A DNA stretch of 64,000 bases from Acidimicrobiia bacterium (GTDB taxonomy: Bacteria > Actinomycetota > Acidimicrobiia > Spongiisociales > ZC4RG35), in NCBI GenBank assembly GCA_041747855.1, contig JBGTEJ010000088.1, forward strand, positions 362-64,361, written 5' to 3'. The notes under the pieces are model-generated. The model saw nothing but the letters and a program-made list of their open reading frames with translations, did not search any database and had not been told where the DNA came from. The position numbers and the translations under genes are program-made. Below are positions 42,979 to 52,127 of the stretch, in pieces; the stretch's first letter is position 1, and every line of letters starts with the position of its first letter.

Positions 42979-45537
42979 CTACTTTGCGACGAGCGCCCGA
43001 AACCAGCCGCTCTCGTTGGCCAGTGCAGCCGCCTGGAGCCGAGTGGTGACATTGAGCTTTGCCAAGATGGCCGAGACGTGATGGCTGACCGTCTTCTCGC
43101 TTATAAACAAACGATCGGCGATCTCGGCATTGGAGGATCCGGCGGTGATCAAACCTAGGACCTCCACCTGTCTCTCAGTCAGGCCGCCCGGATGCTCCCT
43201 GGTAGTAGGCCGCTCGCCTCGGGGAATGTTTCTCACGCCGCCTCTTTGGAGCTCGCGCCGCAGACCGCGGACGACGCCAGCGGCACCCATTCTCAGAAGA
43301 GCTGAGACGACCCCTTCGAGATCTGGCTGGGCGACCATCGCCCGCGAGATGGCCTCTTCCACCGGCATCCCGAGGCGCTCGAATCGATCCGCCTCGAGGG
43401 CCGCCGCCTCGGCCTGATCGCCATGGGCTATCGATTGGGTTGGTGTAGGCAGGCCCAATCGTCGCGCCCAGAAGGAGAGGCGGGATCGACCAACGCGATC
43501 GCCGTTAAGTTCGAGAACCTCGGCGAGAGCATCGAAGCGAGGGGCAACCTTGTCCAGCTCCATCACGCCGACCCAGGCTGCCTCCATGGCCAAAAGACAG
43601 GCCGGTACGAGTTCGTCATAACCGCCGTAATCGTCGGCTTTGATGAGTGTCTCGTCAACGAGCTCCAACGCACCGGGATCCCCTCGGCGCAGCCTCAACG
43701 TAGCCGCGGCTCTCGTGATCTGGATCTCGGTCGACTTACAGGTCCGCTGTCCAATGACACGCTCCAGATTGGCATCGGCTTCAGCCCAGCGACCCGTTGC
43801 CACATCCAAGTCCGCCATCATCGCAATCGAAGCCACGTACCATGCGTCAAGCTCGCGTTCCATCGTGTAGTCGACGGCCTTCCAGATCAGCGTACGTGCC
43901 TCGTCCAAGCGCCCGAGTATCCAAGCTGCGGCAGCCCGGTAAACCAGTGCGTACGATGCCGCCTCGACCGATTCGTGTTCCAAGCCGATCCGTACCGCTC
44001 GCTCGAGGACTTCGAGCCCACCGAGGTCACCGGCTTGCACACGCGCCAATCCCCCGGCAGCAAGGGCGTGGACCTCTACCGAGACGGATCCAACCTCCTC
44101 GGCCAGACCTGAAGACCAGTCGGATAGAGAGATGGCCTCCCCGAAACGCCCCTCATGAAGTTCGATCCAGGCGAGGACATAGGCGGCGATCGCAAGTTCC
44201 TCGGATCCTGGACCGCGCCGAAGGGTGACGAGAGCCGCCTCGGCCTCCGACCGTGCGCCAGCAAGGTCGTTCTCTCGGCAGATGAAGTAGGAGACCCAGG
44301 CTCTCGCCGCCGCCTCCTCCTCCGGTCCCTCGGCGAGTCTCACCCTCGCCGATGCCATCTCCGTCGCCCGCCGGAACGCGTTCACCAGAAGGTGTTCCTT
44401 CGCTGCATCGAGCAAAATCCGCCTGAGGGAGGTCCTATCGAGGAGCTCCCGGTACTCCAGAGCGTTGGCGAGGTGGAAAGCGGACTGTCTGTGGGCTCCG
44501 CTGGCTGACGCATCCTCTGCCGCACGCAGCGAGTATCGCAACGCGGCGGACTCATCTCCCGCCCCTATGGCGTGATAAGCGAGCCGTGCGATGTCCGAAT
44601 TGTGACCCACCCGCCCTTCATAGAAGGCCAGCAAGCGGCGATGGATGCCCCTCTTCACTGTCGGGGGTGCACTATCGAGAAGACTCTCCCGGATCAGGTC
44701 ATGGCGACACGAGAAATTCTGGGGGGTCGCCACCAAGAGACCCCGCTGTACGGCAATGTCGAGATGCTCCGAGGCGTCGCGACCGAGTTCCTCGGCGAGC
44801 TCGATAGGCACGAAGTCGCGGCTTATGGCCGCCATGTAGATCAGCTCTCTGGCCATGTCAGACAAGAGCCCGACCCGAGCCTGGACTGCGTCCCCGACCG
44901 ATTTCGGTACAACCGAGTCCGGGTTGGCGATGACCTCCCCTACGAAGAAGGGGTTCCCGAGAGTCACGGCATAGACCCTGGCAGGGTCTACGGCCACCCC
45001 TCGAGCCAGTTGCTCGACTCCAGCGAGGGTCAAGGGTGGGAGCTCGACTCGGTTGGCTGAAGGACCGAGGTCTGCAACGACGAGAGCCAGTACGGGGTTG
45101 AGTGGGAGTTCTTCGGTTCGATAGGTGACGATCAGACAGCTCATCGTCGATTCGATTCTCCGACCCAGATAACGGATCAGTCCTAGGGTTGCCTCATCAG
45201 CCCAATGGATGTCCTCGAGGATCAGGACCAACCGATCGGATCTGAGCATCTCGAGCACGCCCGCCTGGACCGCGGTACGCCCGGATCCTCCTTTGACGTC
45301 TGATCGAACCGTCGGTGGTAGTTCGTCCAAGATATCGAAGAGTGGAGCGAAGCCTGCCGGGACCCCAACGGGTTCGCAGGCGGCCGAGAGGACCCGGTAG
45401 CGATGGTCGAGTCCCTCCTTGAGAAGCGACAGGATCGACGTCTTTCCCGACCCTGCCTCTCCAGATAGAAGGACCACGTTCCCGGTCCTGGACGAGACAG
45501 CAGTCTGGAGTCGGAAGAGTTGCTCTTCACGCTCCAT
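42979..45537 (-). CDS. LuxR-family (LAL/MalT-like) ATPase transcriptional regulator
   Basis: Walker A LSGEAGSGKTS, a long helical-repeat middle, and the C-terminal LuxR HTH LTERQVEVLGLITAGSSNAEIADRLFISEKTVSHHVSAILAKL. Start set at MEREEQL; the ORF could begin at 45684. Confidence 0.8.
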   Translation of the reverse strand: MEREEQLFRLQTAVSSRTGNVVLLSGEAGSGKTSILSLLKEGLDHRYRVLSAACEPVGVPAGFAPLFDILDELPPTVRSDVKGGSGRTAVQAGVLEMLRSDRLVLILEDIHWADEATLGLIRYLGRRIESTMSCLIVTYRTEELPLNPVLALVVADLGPSANRVELPPLTLAGVEQLARGVAVDPARVYAVTLGNPFFVGEVIANPDSVVPKSVGDAVQARVGLLSDMARELIYMAAISRDFVPIELAEELGRDASEHLDIAVQRGLLVATPQNFSCRHDLIRESLLDSAPPTVKRGIHRRLLAFYEGRVGHNSDIARLAYHAIGAGDESAALRYSLRAAEDASASGAHRQSAFHLANALEYRELLDRTSLRRILLDAAKEHLLVNAFRRATEMASARVRLAEGPEEEAAARAWVSYFICRENDLAGARSEAEAALVTLRRGPGSEELAIAAYVLAWIELHEGRFGEAISLSDWSSGLAEEVGSVSVEVHALAAGGLARVQAGDLGGLEVLERAVRIGLEHESVEAASYALVYRAAAAWILGRLDEARTLIWKAVDYTMERELDAWYVASIAMMADLDVATGRWAEADANLERVIGQRTCKSTEIQITRAAATLRLRRGDPGALELVDETLIKADDYGGYDELVPACLLAMEAAWVGVMELDKVAPRFDALAEVLELNGDRVGRSRLSFWARRLGLPTPTQSIAHGDQAEAAALEADRFERLGMPVEEAISRAMVAQPDLEGVVSALLRMGAAGVVRGLRRELQRGGVRNIPRGERPTTREHPGGLTERQVEVLGLITAGSSNAEIADRLFISEKTVSHHVSAILAKLNVTTRLQAAALANESGWFRALVAK

Positions 45538-46017
45538 CAAGGGTGGGCTACGGACCACGGTTTGGAGGGTATCACCGGTGTTTCGGGGGCGTAGCCGACA
45601 GCCAGACCCTCTCAGTGCGCTAGCGGCGCCACCCAAGCTGCCCTCCGGGTGGTCTGAGCCTTCCGGCAGCTCAGTCGATCTCACAGACGAAGGGACCGAT
45701 CCCTGCAGTCACCACACCCGCCGTAGAGCGCACCAGACCGCTCCACGGCCATAGGTGAGCCTCACCCGTGGAGGTCGGGACAACGCTCACCAAGGCTATG
45801 ACCACCACGAGCCTGGTCAGGACGGGGGCCGCGGGGCGTGTTTGGCTGGAACCACGACCTTCCGTCATCACGGGAGATCCACTCCGAACACCGGGACTCC
45901 GTCAGGGCACATCCGGACCGCCGGATTCCAATCCTCGAAGATGCCGCCGGGTTGTCCTTCCACAGCCAGACATGAAGGACCCAGAGCCTGGTCGGTTTAA
46001 CACTCAGCGTCCGACGC

Positions 46018-46269
46018 TCATGTGTGCTCGCTGACCAGGTAGATCTCGTCGGCCACCAGACCGTGAGCCTCACGATGGACCGCGGCCGCGGCGTCGGCAG
46101 ACTCCGCAACTACCAGGCAGAAGATCTTTCCTTGCGCCTCATCCACCCAGTACTTCTTGTATTCGACGCCGTACTTCCCCTGAGTTTCCAGGTCGAGCGC
46201 ATGCGCTCCGGCGACGTCATCGACCCCGACACCACCCTCGATGGTGTGCACATCCATATACAAAGGCAT
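46018..46269 (-). CDS. Small SCO4226-like / DUF4242-related protein
   Basis: 83 aa, MPLYMDVH..., ferredoxin-like fold pattern. Last gene after the ECF sigma factor. Confidence 0.55.
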   Translation of the reverse strand: MPLYMDVHTIEGGVGVDDVAGAHALDLETQGKYGVEYKKYWVDEAQGKIFCLVVAESADAAAAVHREAHGLVADEIYLVSEHT

Positions 46270-46360
46270 CGTCCACCTCTTTCTCTTGGTCGATCCTCCC
46301 TTTTGAGGATCCGCGATGAACGTACGGAGTGACGGCTACCCCCGACATCGGGGGAAACCC

Positions 46361-47602
46361 CTATTTCGGGTCTGCCAGCCCCCTAGACCGAACCAGCCGG
46401 CGAGTCAGATGCTCACGCTCGACGTCGTTGCCAGGCAACCCCAGCGCCTGCTCGAACCACCCAGCCGCCACTTGATAGAGACCGGCCCGTAGGGCCAGCT
46501 CCGCTCTCGCCACATGGAATGGCTGATAGCCCTCCAGTGCAACCTCGAGTTCGGCCATGAGATCCAGCCCGACCTGTGGCCCTTCGGCCATGGCGACTGC
46601 CGCAGCCAGGTTCAGGGCGACCACCGGAGACGGTTTGATCTTCAGGAGCTTCTCGTAGAGGGAGATGATGAGACCCCAGTCGGTGTCGGACCAGGTCTGG
46701 GCGCGTGCGTGAGTTGCGGCTATCTCAGCCTGGAGGAGGTATGGACCCATGCCTGCTAGGTGCCTAGCACGGTCCAGGTGCTCCACTCCCCTGGCGATCG
46801 CCCGTGGATCCCACCGTCCTCGATCCTGGTCCTCGAGCAGGACCATCCGGCCATCCGGATCGACCCGGGCCTCACGTCTGGCGTCGGTGAGCCAGCACAG
46901 TGCGGCCAATCCCATCACCTCGGAAGCGTCGGGGACCAGTCGGCACATCATTTCCGCCAGTTGGATAGCTTCCCGACACAAATCGGGTCGACTCAGAGCC
47001 TCTCCGCGCAGCGGTTGGTAGCCCTCATTGAAGATGAGGTAGATGACGGCGATGACCCCGTCGACACGGTCCGGTATGTCCTCCTGGGAGGGCATCTCGA
47101 GTGGGATCCTTGCCAGCCGGATCTTCGACTTTGCCCGGGTGATCCGCTGGAACATGGCAGACTCGGAGGTGAGAAAGGCGCGGGCTATCTCCGCGGTGCT
47201 CAACCCGCAAAGCGACTTGAGGGTCAGCGGAACCCGTGATTCGAGACTCAGGGCCGGATGACAGCAAGCGAAGATCAGCCGCAGACGCTCGTCCTCTATG
47301 AGGTCGGTGCCCACCGATTCCAACTCCTCCATCTGGGCGGGGACGAGGAGCGGGAGACGTTCCTCCAGCGACCTGGCACGGCGGATTCGGTCGATTGCCT
47401 TGCGACGGGCGACGGTGATGAGCCACGCTGCCGGGTTGTCAGGCACGCCTCCCTGCGGCCAGGTCTCTGCCGCCACGGCGATCGCGTCCGCCAAGGAGTC
47501 CTCGGCAAGGTCGAGGTCTCGGAAGGTTCCCACCAGCGAGGCGAGCACCAGGCCATGTTCCCTCCTGAATACGTCATCGAGCGCGAGGACGGCGTCGATC
47601 AA
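46361..47602 (-). CDS. ECF sigma factor with a fused C-terminal helical (TPR-like) domain, ECF42-like
   Basis: Sigma-2 (DNPAAWLITVARRKAIDRIRR) and sigma-4 (GLSTAEIARAFLTSESAMFQRITRAKSKI) regions plus a ~230-aa C-terminal extension. A DGPF gene lies immediately upstream. Confidence 0.8.
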   Translation of the reverse strand: MIDAVLALDDVFRREHGLVLASLVGTFRDLDLAEDSLADAIAVAAETWPQGGVPDNPAAWLITVARRKAIDRIRRARSLEERLPLLVPAQMEELESVGTDLIEDERLRLIFACCHPALSLESRVPLTLKSLCGLSTAEIARAFLTSESAMFQRITRAKSKIRLARIPLEMPSQEDIPDRVDGVIAVIYLIFNEGYQPLRGEALSRPDLCREAIQLAEMMCRLVPDASEVMGLAALCWLTDARREARVDPDGRMVLLEDQDRGRWDPRAIARGVEHLDRARHLAGMGPYLLQAEIAATHARAQTWSDTDWGLIISLYEKLLKIKPSPVVALNLAAAVAMAEGPQVGLDLMAELEVALEGYQPFHVARAELALRAGLYQVAAGWFEQALGLPGNDVEREHLTRRLVRSRGLADPK

Positions 47603-47955
47603 GTATCCGAGTAGTCCATGATGGGTCTCACCTCGATCATCTCGCCATCCCTCCCCGAGATCGTTGCCGCATCCTCGAGGGCCTGGTCCAGGTCACGGGC
47701 CTCGATCACATAGAAGCCGCCCAGCTGCTCCTTCGTCTCGGCGAATGGCCCATCGGTAAGGACCGTCTTGCCGCTGACTTTCCGCACCGTGGTGGCCGTC
47801 GATGTGGGTTGGAGACCATCTCCGTACAAGAAACGTCCCTGTTCCCTGAGTTCTCGTGCGAATGCGATATGACCCTGGACGGACGCTGAGCGCTCCTCCG
47901 CCGAGAGACCCTCCCAATCGGCTTCGCTCTCATAGACCAGAAGCATGTATTGCAC
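47599..47955 (-). CDS. YCII-related / DGPF domain protein
   Basis: (V)QYMLLVYE ... TDGPFAETKEQLGGFYVIEA. GTG at 47955 follows AAGGGAG. Its stop overlaps the sigma gene start. Confidence 0.75.
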   Translation of the reverse strand: MQYMLLVYESEADWEGLSAEERSASVQGHIAFARELREQGRFLYGDGLQPTSTATTVRKVSGKTVLTDGPFAETKEQLGGFYVIEARDLDQALEDAATISGRDGEMIEVRPIMDYSDT

Positions 47956-48074
47956 GTCGACTCCCTTGTTCGGATACGTTACGACGAACGGCTTAATGAT
48001 GATTCGACAGGAATGTCGAATTTCTCCCAAGCCGACCGTCGACACCCAACAGTCGAATGTCGAAAGGAGACACG

Positions 48075-48434
48075 ATGGACTTTGCAATGCTGACGTATGC
48101 GAGCGAGCGAGGGGCCGAAGAGTACGACAAGCTCACACCCGACGAAGTCGCCGCCAATATCGATGTACACACCCAGTGGTTCGCCCGCCACCGGGACTCG
48201 GTCACAGGAGGGCACCATCTCGCCTGGCCGCGTCGATGGGGTCGAATCGCTGACGACCACCAACTGACCGTACACGACGGGCCTTTTGGTGAGTCCAAGG
48301 AGGTGCTTGGCGGGATCATCCTGCTCAAGGCTGACTCTTTGGAGGACGCTTTGGAGATCGCCATGACCTGGCCGTCGCTCGACTCCAATTTCGGGGCCGC
48401 GGTGGAGGTGATTCCTCTCGGAGGGCTCGAGTGA
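48075..48434 (+). CDS. YCII-related / DGPF domain protein (second paralogue)
   Basis: MDFAMLTYAS ... HDGPFGESKEVLGGIILLKA. ATG at 48075 follows AAAGGAGA. Confidence 0.7.
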   Translation: MDFAMLTYASERGAEEYDKLTPDEVAANIDVHTQWFARHRDSVTGGHHLAWPRRWGRIADDHQLTVHDGPFGESKEVLGGIILLKADSLEDALEIAMTWPSLDSNFGAAVEVIPLGGLE

Positions 48435-48595
48435 GCGACCCGATCGAGGCGATGGCTGCCAGGGAATCCGGGAACGCCAAAACAACCTCGCAGGGGTGAT
48501 GTGCCCCCACAAAGTCGCCTTAACCGACGTCAGCCAGATCGACGACGTACTCGTAGGCTGGCTGGCAGAGGCTTACCGCAGGGCCTGAACTCCAC

Positions 48596-49216
48596 TCAGA
48601 AGTAGCCGATCTGAAGTTCGGTGACCCTTCTCACCAGCCTGACCGCGAGGAGGGCTGCAACCGCCAGCGCAGCGGCGGATACAGCCTCCACAAGGAGAGC
48701 GAAAGCAAATCCGCCACCCCCGGGCAAAGGGAGCGAAACACTGACAAAGTGAAGCACAACACCACCCACCAGAAGCATCCACCAGATACGGGCCCGTTTC
48801 TTGGTCCGCTCCTGGGAGTTGACCCTGGCCTCCATGGAGTCAACGATCTCCTCGACCACCTTGTAAGGAACGACCATGTTGGCGAAGGGCACCAGCCACC
48901 AGTACACCGAGGCCGCATCGGAGAATCTCGAGGTTGTCCCAAAGGCAAAAAGGTTGCGATGTGCCCCATGGACCCAGAGGATGAAGGTGGTGAAGCACAC
49001 CAGCACGACAACCGCATACCAGTTGCTCGCCACCCGGTAAGCGAACTGCCATCCGAGCATCTCCCAATCGAACGCCAGAAACAGCGTTATCACCGTTCGT
49101 GCCAGTGAGAGCAAGCCGACGAGCATCAAGGAGATCCTGGCCCATCGTCCCCTCCTGGCCAGATTGACAGGGGCTTCGAATGCCCCGGGGCGGTCCCGGG
49201 CAGATCTGACGCTCAT
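48596..49216 (-). CDS. DUF4328-like membrane protein
   Basis: Polytopic, with WWLVPFANMVVPYKVVEEI resembling the DUF4328 signature. Confidence 0.55.
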   Translation of the reverse strand: MSVRSARDRPGAFEAPVNLARRGRWARISLMLVGLLSLARTVITLFLAFDWEMLGWQFAYRVASNWYAVVVLVCFTTFILWVHGAHRNLFAFGTTSRFSDAASVYWWLVPFANMVVPYKVVEEIVDSMEARVNSQERTKKRARIWWMLLVGGVVLHFVSVSLPLPGGGGFAFALLVEAVSAAALAVAALLAVRLVRRVTELQIGYF

Positions 49217-49357
49217 CCAGTTGCCATCTCGTCGGAAGACTCTACGGCTTCAGGGGTCAGCTTGTCCGGGAGGGTTCACCCGGTCCTGGTCGAGGGGCGT
49301 AGACCAGGGTTCTGTGACTAGCCTCGTCGGTGTCCAGCGGCACCGACAGGAGACGAC

Positions 49358-49879
49358 ATGACCATCCCACCAGACGGCAGCTGGCCCCAACATGAGTCTC
49401 CACGACCTGGCCCCGTGACACGGCCGGCCCCCCTCAGCCAGGCGGTGAAACTGATGTATCTGGGTGCGGTCCTGGCGGTCCTGAGCCTGATACCGCTTCT
49501 CTTCATGGGCAACGCGCTCAGAGAAGCGATCGTCGAAGCTCTCGAGTCAACCGGTCAGACGACGACTCCAGAGCTGGTAGATGCAGGAGTTGCCGTCGCG
49601 ATCGCCTTCGGCTTCGCCATAGGTCTGATCGGGGCAGGACTCTGGGTGGTGATGGCGGTCTTCAACGGCAGGGGTCGTAAATGGGCGCGGGTCACTGCCA
49701 CGGTCCTCGGAGTAATTGGAATCCTGGTGAATCTGACCAGTTTCGCCGGAGTGGGACAACCGAACGTCGGTTTCGGGCCGATACTGGGGCTGCTCAGCGC
49801 GATTCTCGCTGGAGCAGTCCTCTATCTGATCTGGCGTCCTGCCAACAACCTGTACTACGAGGCGAACAGCCGCAGCTGA
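49358..49879 (+). CDS. Membrane protein, unassigned
   Basis: 173-aa ORF with a Pro-rich head and 4 hydrophobic helices. Confidence 0.5.
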   Translation: MTIPPDGSWPQHESPRPGPVTRPAPLSQAVKLMYLGAVLAVLSLIPLLFMGNALREAIVEALESTGQTTTPELVDAGVAVAIAFGFAIGLIGAGLWVVMAVFNGRGRKWARVTATVLGVIGILVNLTSFAGVGQPNVGFGPILGLLSAILAGAVLYLIWRPANNLYYEANSRS

Positions 49880-50008
49880 TCGGCCTGATCGCGGCCCCAT
49901 CTGGGGAGAGTTCAAGCCTGTCGGGCCAGAGAAACTCTGTTGGCATAGCATCAACCGTCAACGAACAGACGAGGAGTCATGGCAGGTTTATAGATCGGAC
50001 ATGTCGAG

Positions 50009-50266
50009 GTGACAGACCCGGACGGTTACGCCGAGTATGCCGCCAAGGCGGCAGAGATCATCCCGTCCAAAGGCGGGACCTTCGTGGCGAGGGGTGGCAG
50101 GTACCAACAGATGGAGGGAAAAGACCACCCGCGAAACGTGGTTATCAGGTTCGATACCTTCGAAGACGCCGTCGCCTGCTATCAGTCACCCGAGTACCAG
50201 GCGATCACCGGGCAAGCCCAGATGTGCAGCAACCGCAGCGTCGTCATCGTCGAAACCAGTCCGTGA
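50009..50266 (+). CDS. DUF1330 domain protein (N-terminally clipped by an in-frame TAG)
   Basis: VTDPDGYAEYAAKAAEIIPSKGGTFVARGG ... VVIRFDTFEDAVACYQSPEY pattern. See the finding on the upstream ATG and TAG. Confidence 0.6.
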   Translation: MTDPDGYAEYAAKAAEIIPSKGGTFVARGGRYQQMEGKDHPRNVVIRFDTFEDAVACYQSPEYQAITGQAQMCSNRSVVIVETSP

Positions 50267-50312
50267 CCCGGAGGGGAGCCTGACGCTCCCCTCCGTCCCG
50301 ACTGCTCATTGA

Positions 50313-51683
50313 CTATCCGATTACCGGTCCCTCGAACAGCGCCTGGGCGAAGAAGACGAGGAAGGCAACCGTCACGATCCATATCAGCGGGTGGATGTCG
50401 CGGAACTTGCCTTTGACGACCTTTATGAATGTCCACATGACGAAGCCGGCACCGATTCCCACCGTGATGCTGTAGGTAAGGGGCATGAGGACTATCGCCA
50501 ACAGGGCCGGGAACCCTTCCTCCAAGTCGTCGAAGTCGATTCCTTTGACCAGGCCGGCCATCATGAACCCGACCAGGATCAGCACCGGGGCCGTCGCCTG
50601 GGACGGAACCACCAAGGCCAGTGGGGACAGGAAGATGGCTGCAAGGAAGAGGAGACCGACGACGACAGAGGTGAGTCCTGTCCTGCCGCCTTCGGCAACC
50701 CCGGCCGCGCTCTCGATGTAGCTCGTGTTCGAGCTGACGCCGGCGGCACCACCTGCGGCCGCGCCCAGGGAGTCAACCAGCAGCAGCTTGCCGACATCTG
50801 GAATGTCCCCGTTCTCGTCAACCAGGTCGGCCTGTTCGGCGATGGCCGTTGCTGTGCCCATGGTGTCGAAGAAGTCGGTCAACAGGAAGGCGAATATGGT
50901 GAGCAGCGCAGCCAGGGTCCCCAGTTGGTTGAAGACGTTCGTGAGATCGAACATACCGAGTGTCCCGAAGCTGGGTACAACGCTCATGCTTTCTGGAATG
51001 CTGGCCACGTTCATGAACAAGGCGACTGCGGTCGTGGCGAGGATGCTGATGATCAGCGCCCCTGGCACCTTTCGAGCATACAAGAGCACCGTCAACCCGA
51101 GCCCTATGAGTGTCACCGCCGCACCAGCTGAGTCGGGGAAGACGAAGTGGAGTGGGGGAATCGGGTTGCCTGTGTAGGCGATCAATCCACCCTGTACGAA
51201 CCCGATGAACAGGATGAACAGACCGATTCCCACGCCGATCGCACGTTTGAGGCTGGTGGGAACAGCCTTCATTATCGCCTCGCGGAATCCGACGAGAACA
51301 AGAATGGTGACTACGACACCTTCGATGAAGATGACACCCATGGCCCCTTCGGGAGTCAGCCCCGATCCAAGGACAAGGCCGAATGCAACGGCCGCGTTTA
51401 TTCCGAGACCTGCAGCAAGGGCTATCGGCATGTTGGCGACTACCCCCATGAGGATGGTCAACACACCAGCCACCAGGGCAGTGCCGGCAGCTACGTCAGG
51501 AGCCGGGAGGCCCGCCGCCCCGAGGATGTCGGCATTGACGAACAAGATGTACGCCATTACCAGGAAGGTGGTGAATCCAGCCCGTACCTCGGTCCCGACC
51601 GAGGTACCCCGCTCGGTCAACTTGAAGAATCGGTCGAGGGTCGAATCGACAGGGGCCGAGGGCCTCTGTTTCGTGTCGGTCAT
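50313..51683 (-). CDS. NCS2 family purine (adenine/guanine/hypoxanthine) permease, AzgA/PbuG-like
   Basis: LDRFFKLTERGTSVGTEVRAGFTTFLVMAYILFVN start typical of this permease family. About 13 TM helices. Confidence 0.85.
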   Translation of the reverse strand: MTDTKQRPSAPVDSTLDRFFKLTERGTSVGTEVRAGFTTFLVMAYILFVNADILGAAGLPAPDVAAGTALVAGVLTILMGVVANMPIALAAGLGINAAVAFGLVLGSGLTPEGAMGVIFIEGVVVTILVLVGFREAIMKAVPTSLKRAIGVGIGLFILFIGFVQGGLIAYTGNPIPPLHFVFPDSAGAAVTLIGLGLTVLLYARKVPGALIISILATTAVALFMNVASIPESMSVVPSFGTLGMFDLTNVFNQLGTLAALLTIFAFLLTDFFDTMGTATAIAEQADLVDENGDIPDVGKLLLVDSLGAAAGGAAGVSSNTSYIESAAGVAEGGRTGLTSVVVGLLFLAAIFLSPLALVVPSQATAPVLILVGFMMAGLVKGIDFDDLEEGFPALLAIVLMPLTYSITVGIGAGFVMWTFIKVVKGKFRDIHPLIWIVTVAFLVFFAQALFEGPVIG

Positions 51684-51818
51684 GTCACTCCTCCTCGGCG
51701 ATTGACTTCAAGCTCCGCCGCAAGCAGCCGGAAGGTAGTTGAGAATTGGCAGGGCGCGTCGTGTGGATCGGGGGTTTCTTGGCTCAGAGGTCAACCTTTC
51801 TGGTCCGCCTCCTGGAGA

Positions 51819-52127
51819 TCAGACGATCGCTCGCACGATCCAGAATGCGCTCATCCCAAGGATGGCCGCTAAAAGGAAGTTGCGTTTGACATAGATGGCG
51901 GCGCCCCCGGCAACGAACCCGGCGAGTTCCGGGGCGCCGACGTCAAAACTGCCGTCGGGTCTGAGCACCAGCGAAACGACCAGAGCCGCCAGTACCGCCG
52001 GGGCCACGAACTCCAGGGCCTTCATGACGAGTGGCGGGATCCGCCGATTGGCCAGCGCGACGATGAAGATCGACCGGGTCACGTAGGTTCCGATACCCAC
52101 GGCGAGGATGATCAGGAATGCACTCAC
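51819..52127 (-). CDS. azlD: AzlD-like branched-chain amino acid transport protein
   Basis: 102-aa hydrophobic protein (GTYVTRSIFIV...) overlapping the azlC stop. Confidence 0.75.
   Translation of the reverse strand: MSAFLIILAVGIGTYVTRSIFIVALANRRIPPLVMKALEFVAPAVLAALVVSLVLRPDGSFDVGAPELAGFVAGGAAIYVKRNFLLAAILGMSAFWIVRAIV

Noticed and set aside
45538-46017. 66-aa ORF 45671..45871 (one hydrophobic stretch) and the longer LAL start at 45684
   Set aside because: No RBS or family signal was seen. The extra 49 N-terminal residues of the LAL ORF are Gly/Arg/Ser-rich and unlike typical LAL N-termini, so the Met at 45537 is preferred. The 480-nt gap remains unexplained.
51684-51818. Purine riboswitch upstream of the NCS2 purine permease
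   Set aside because: The 135-nt leader lacks the conserved UAUA...loop-loop elements of guanine/adenine aptamers.
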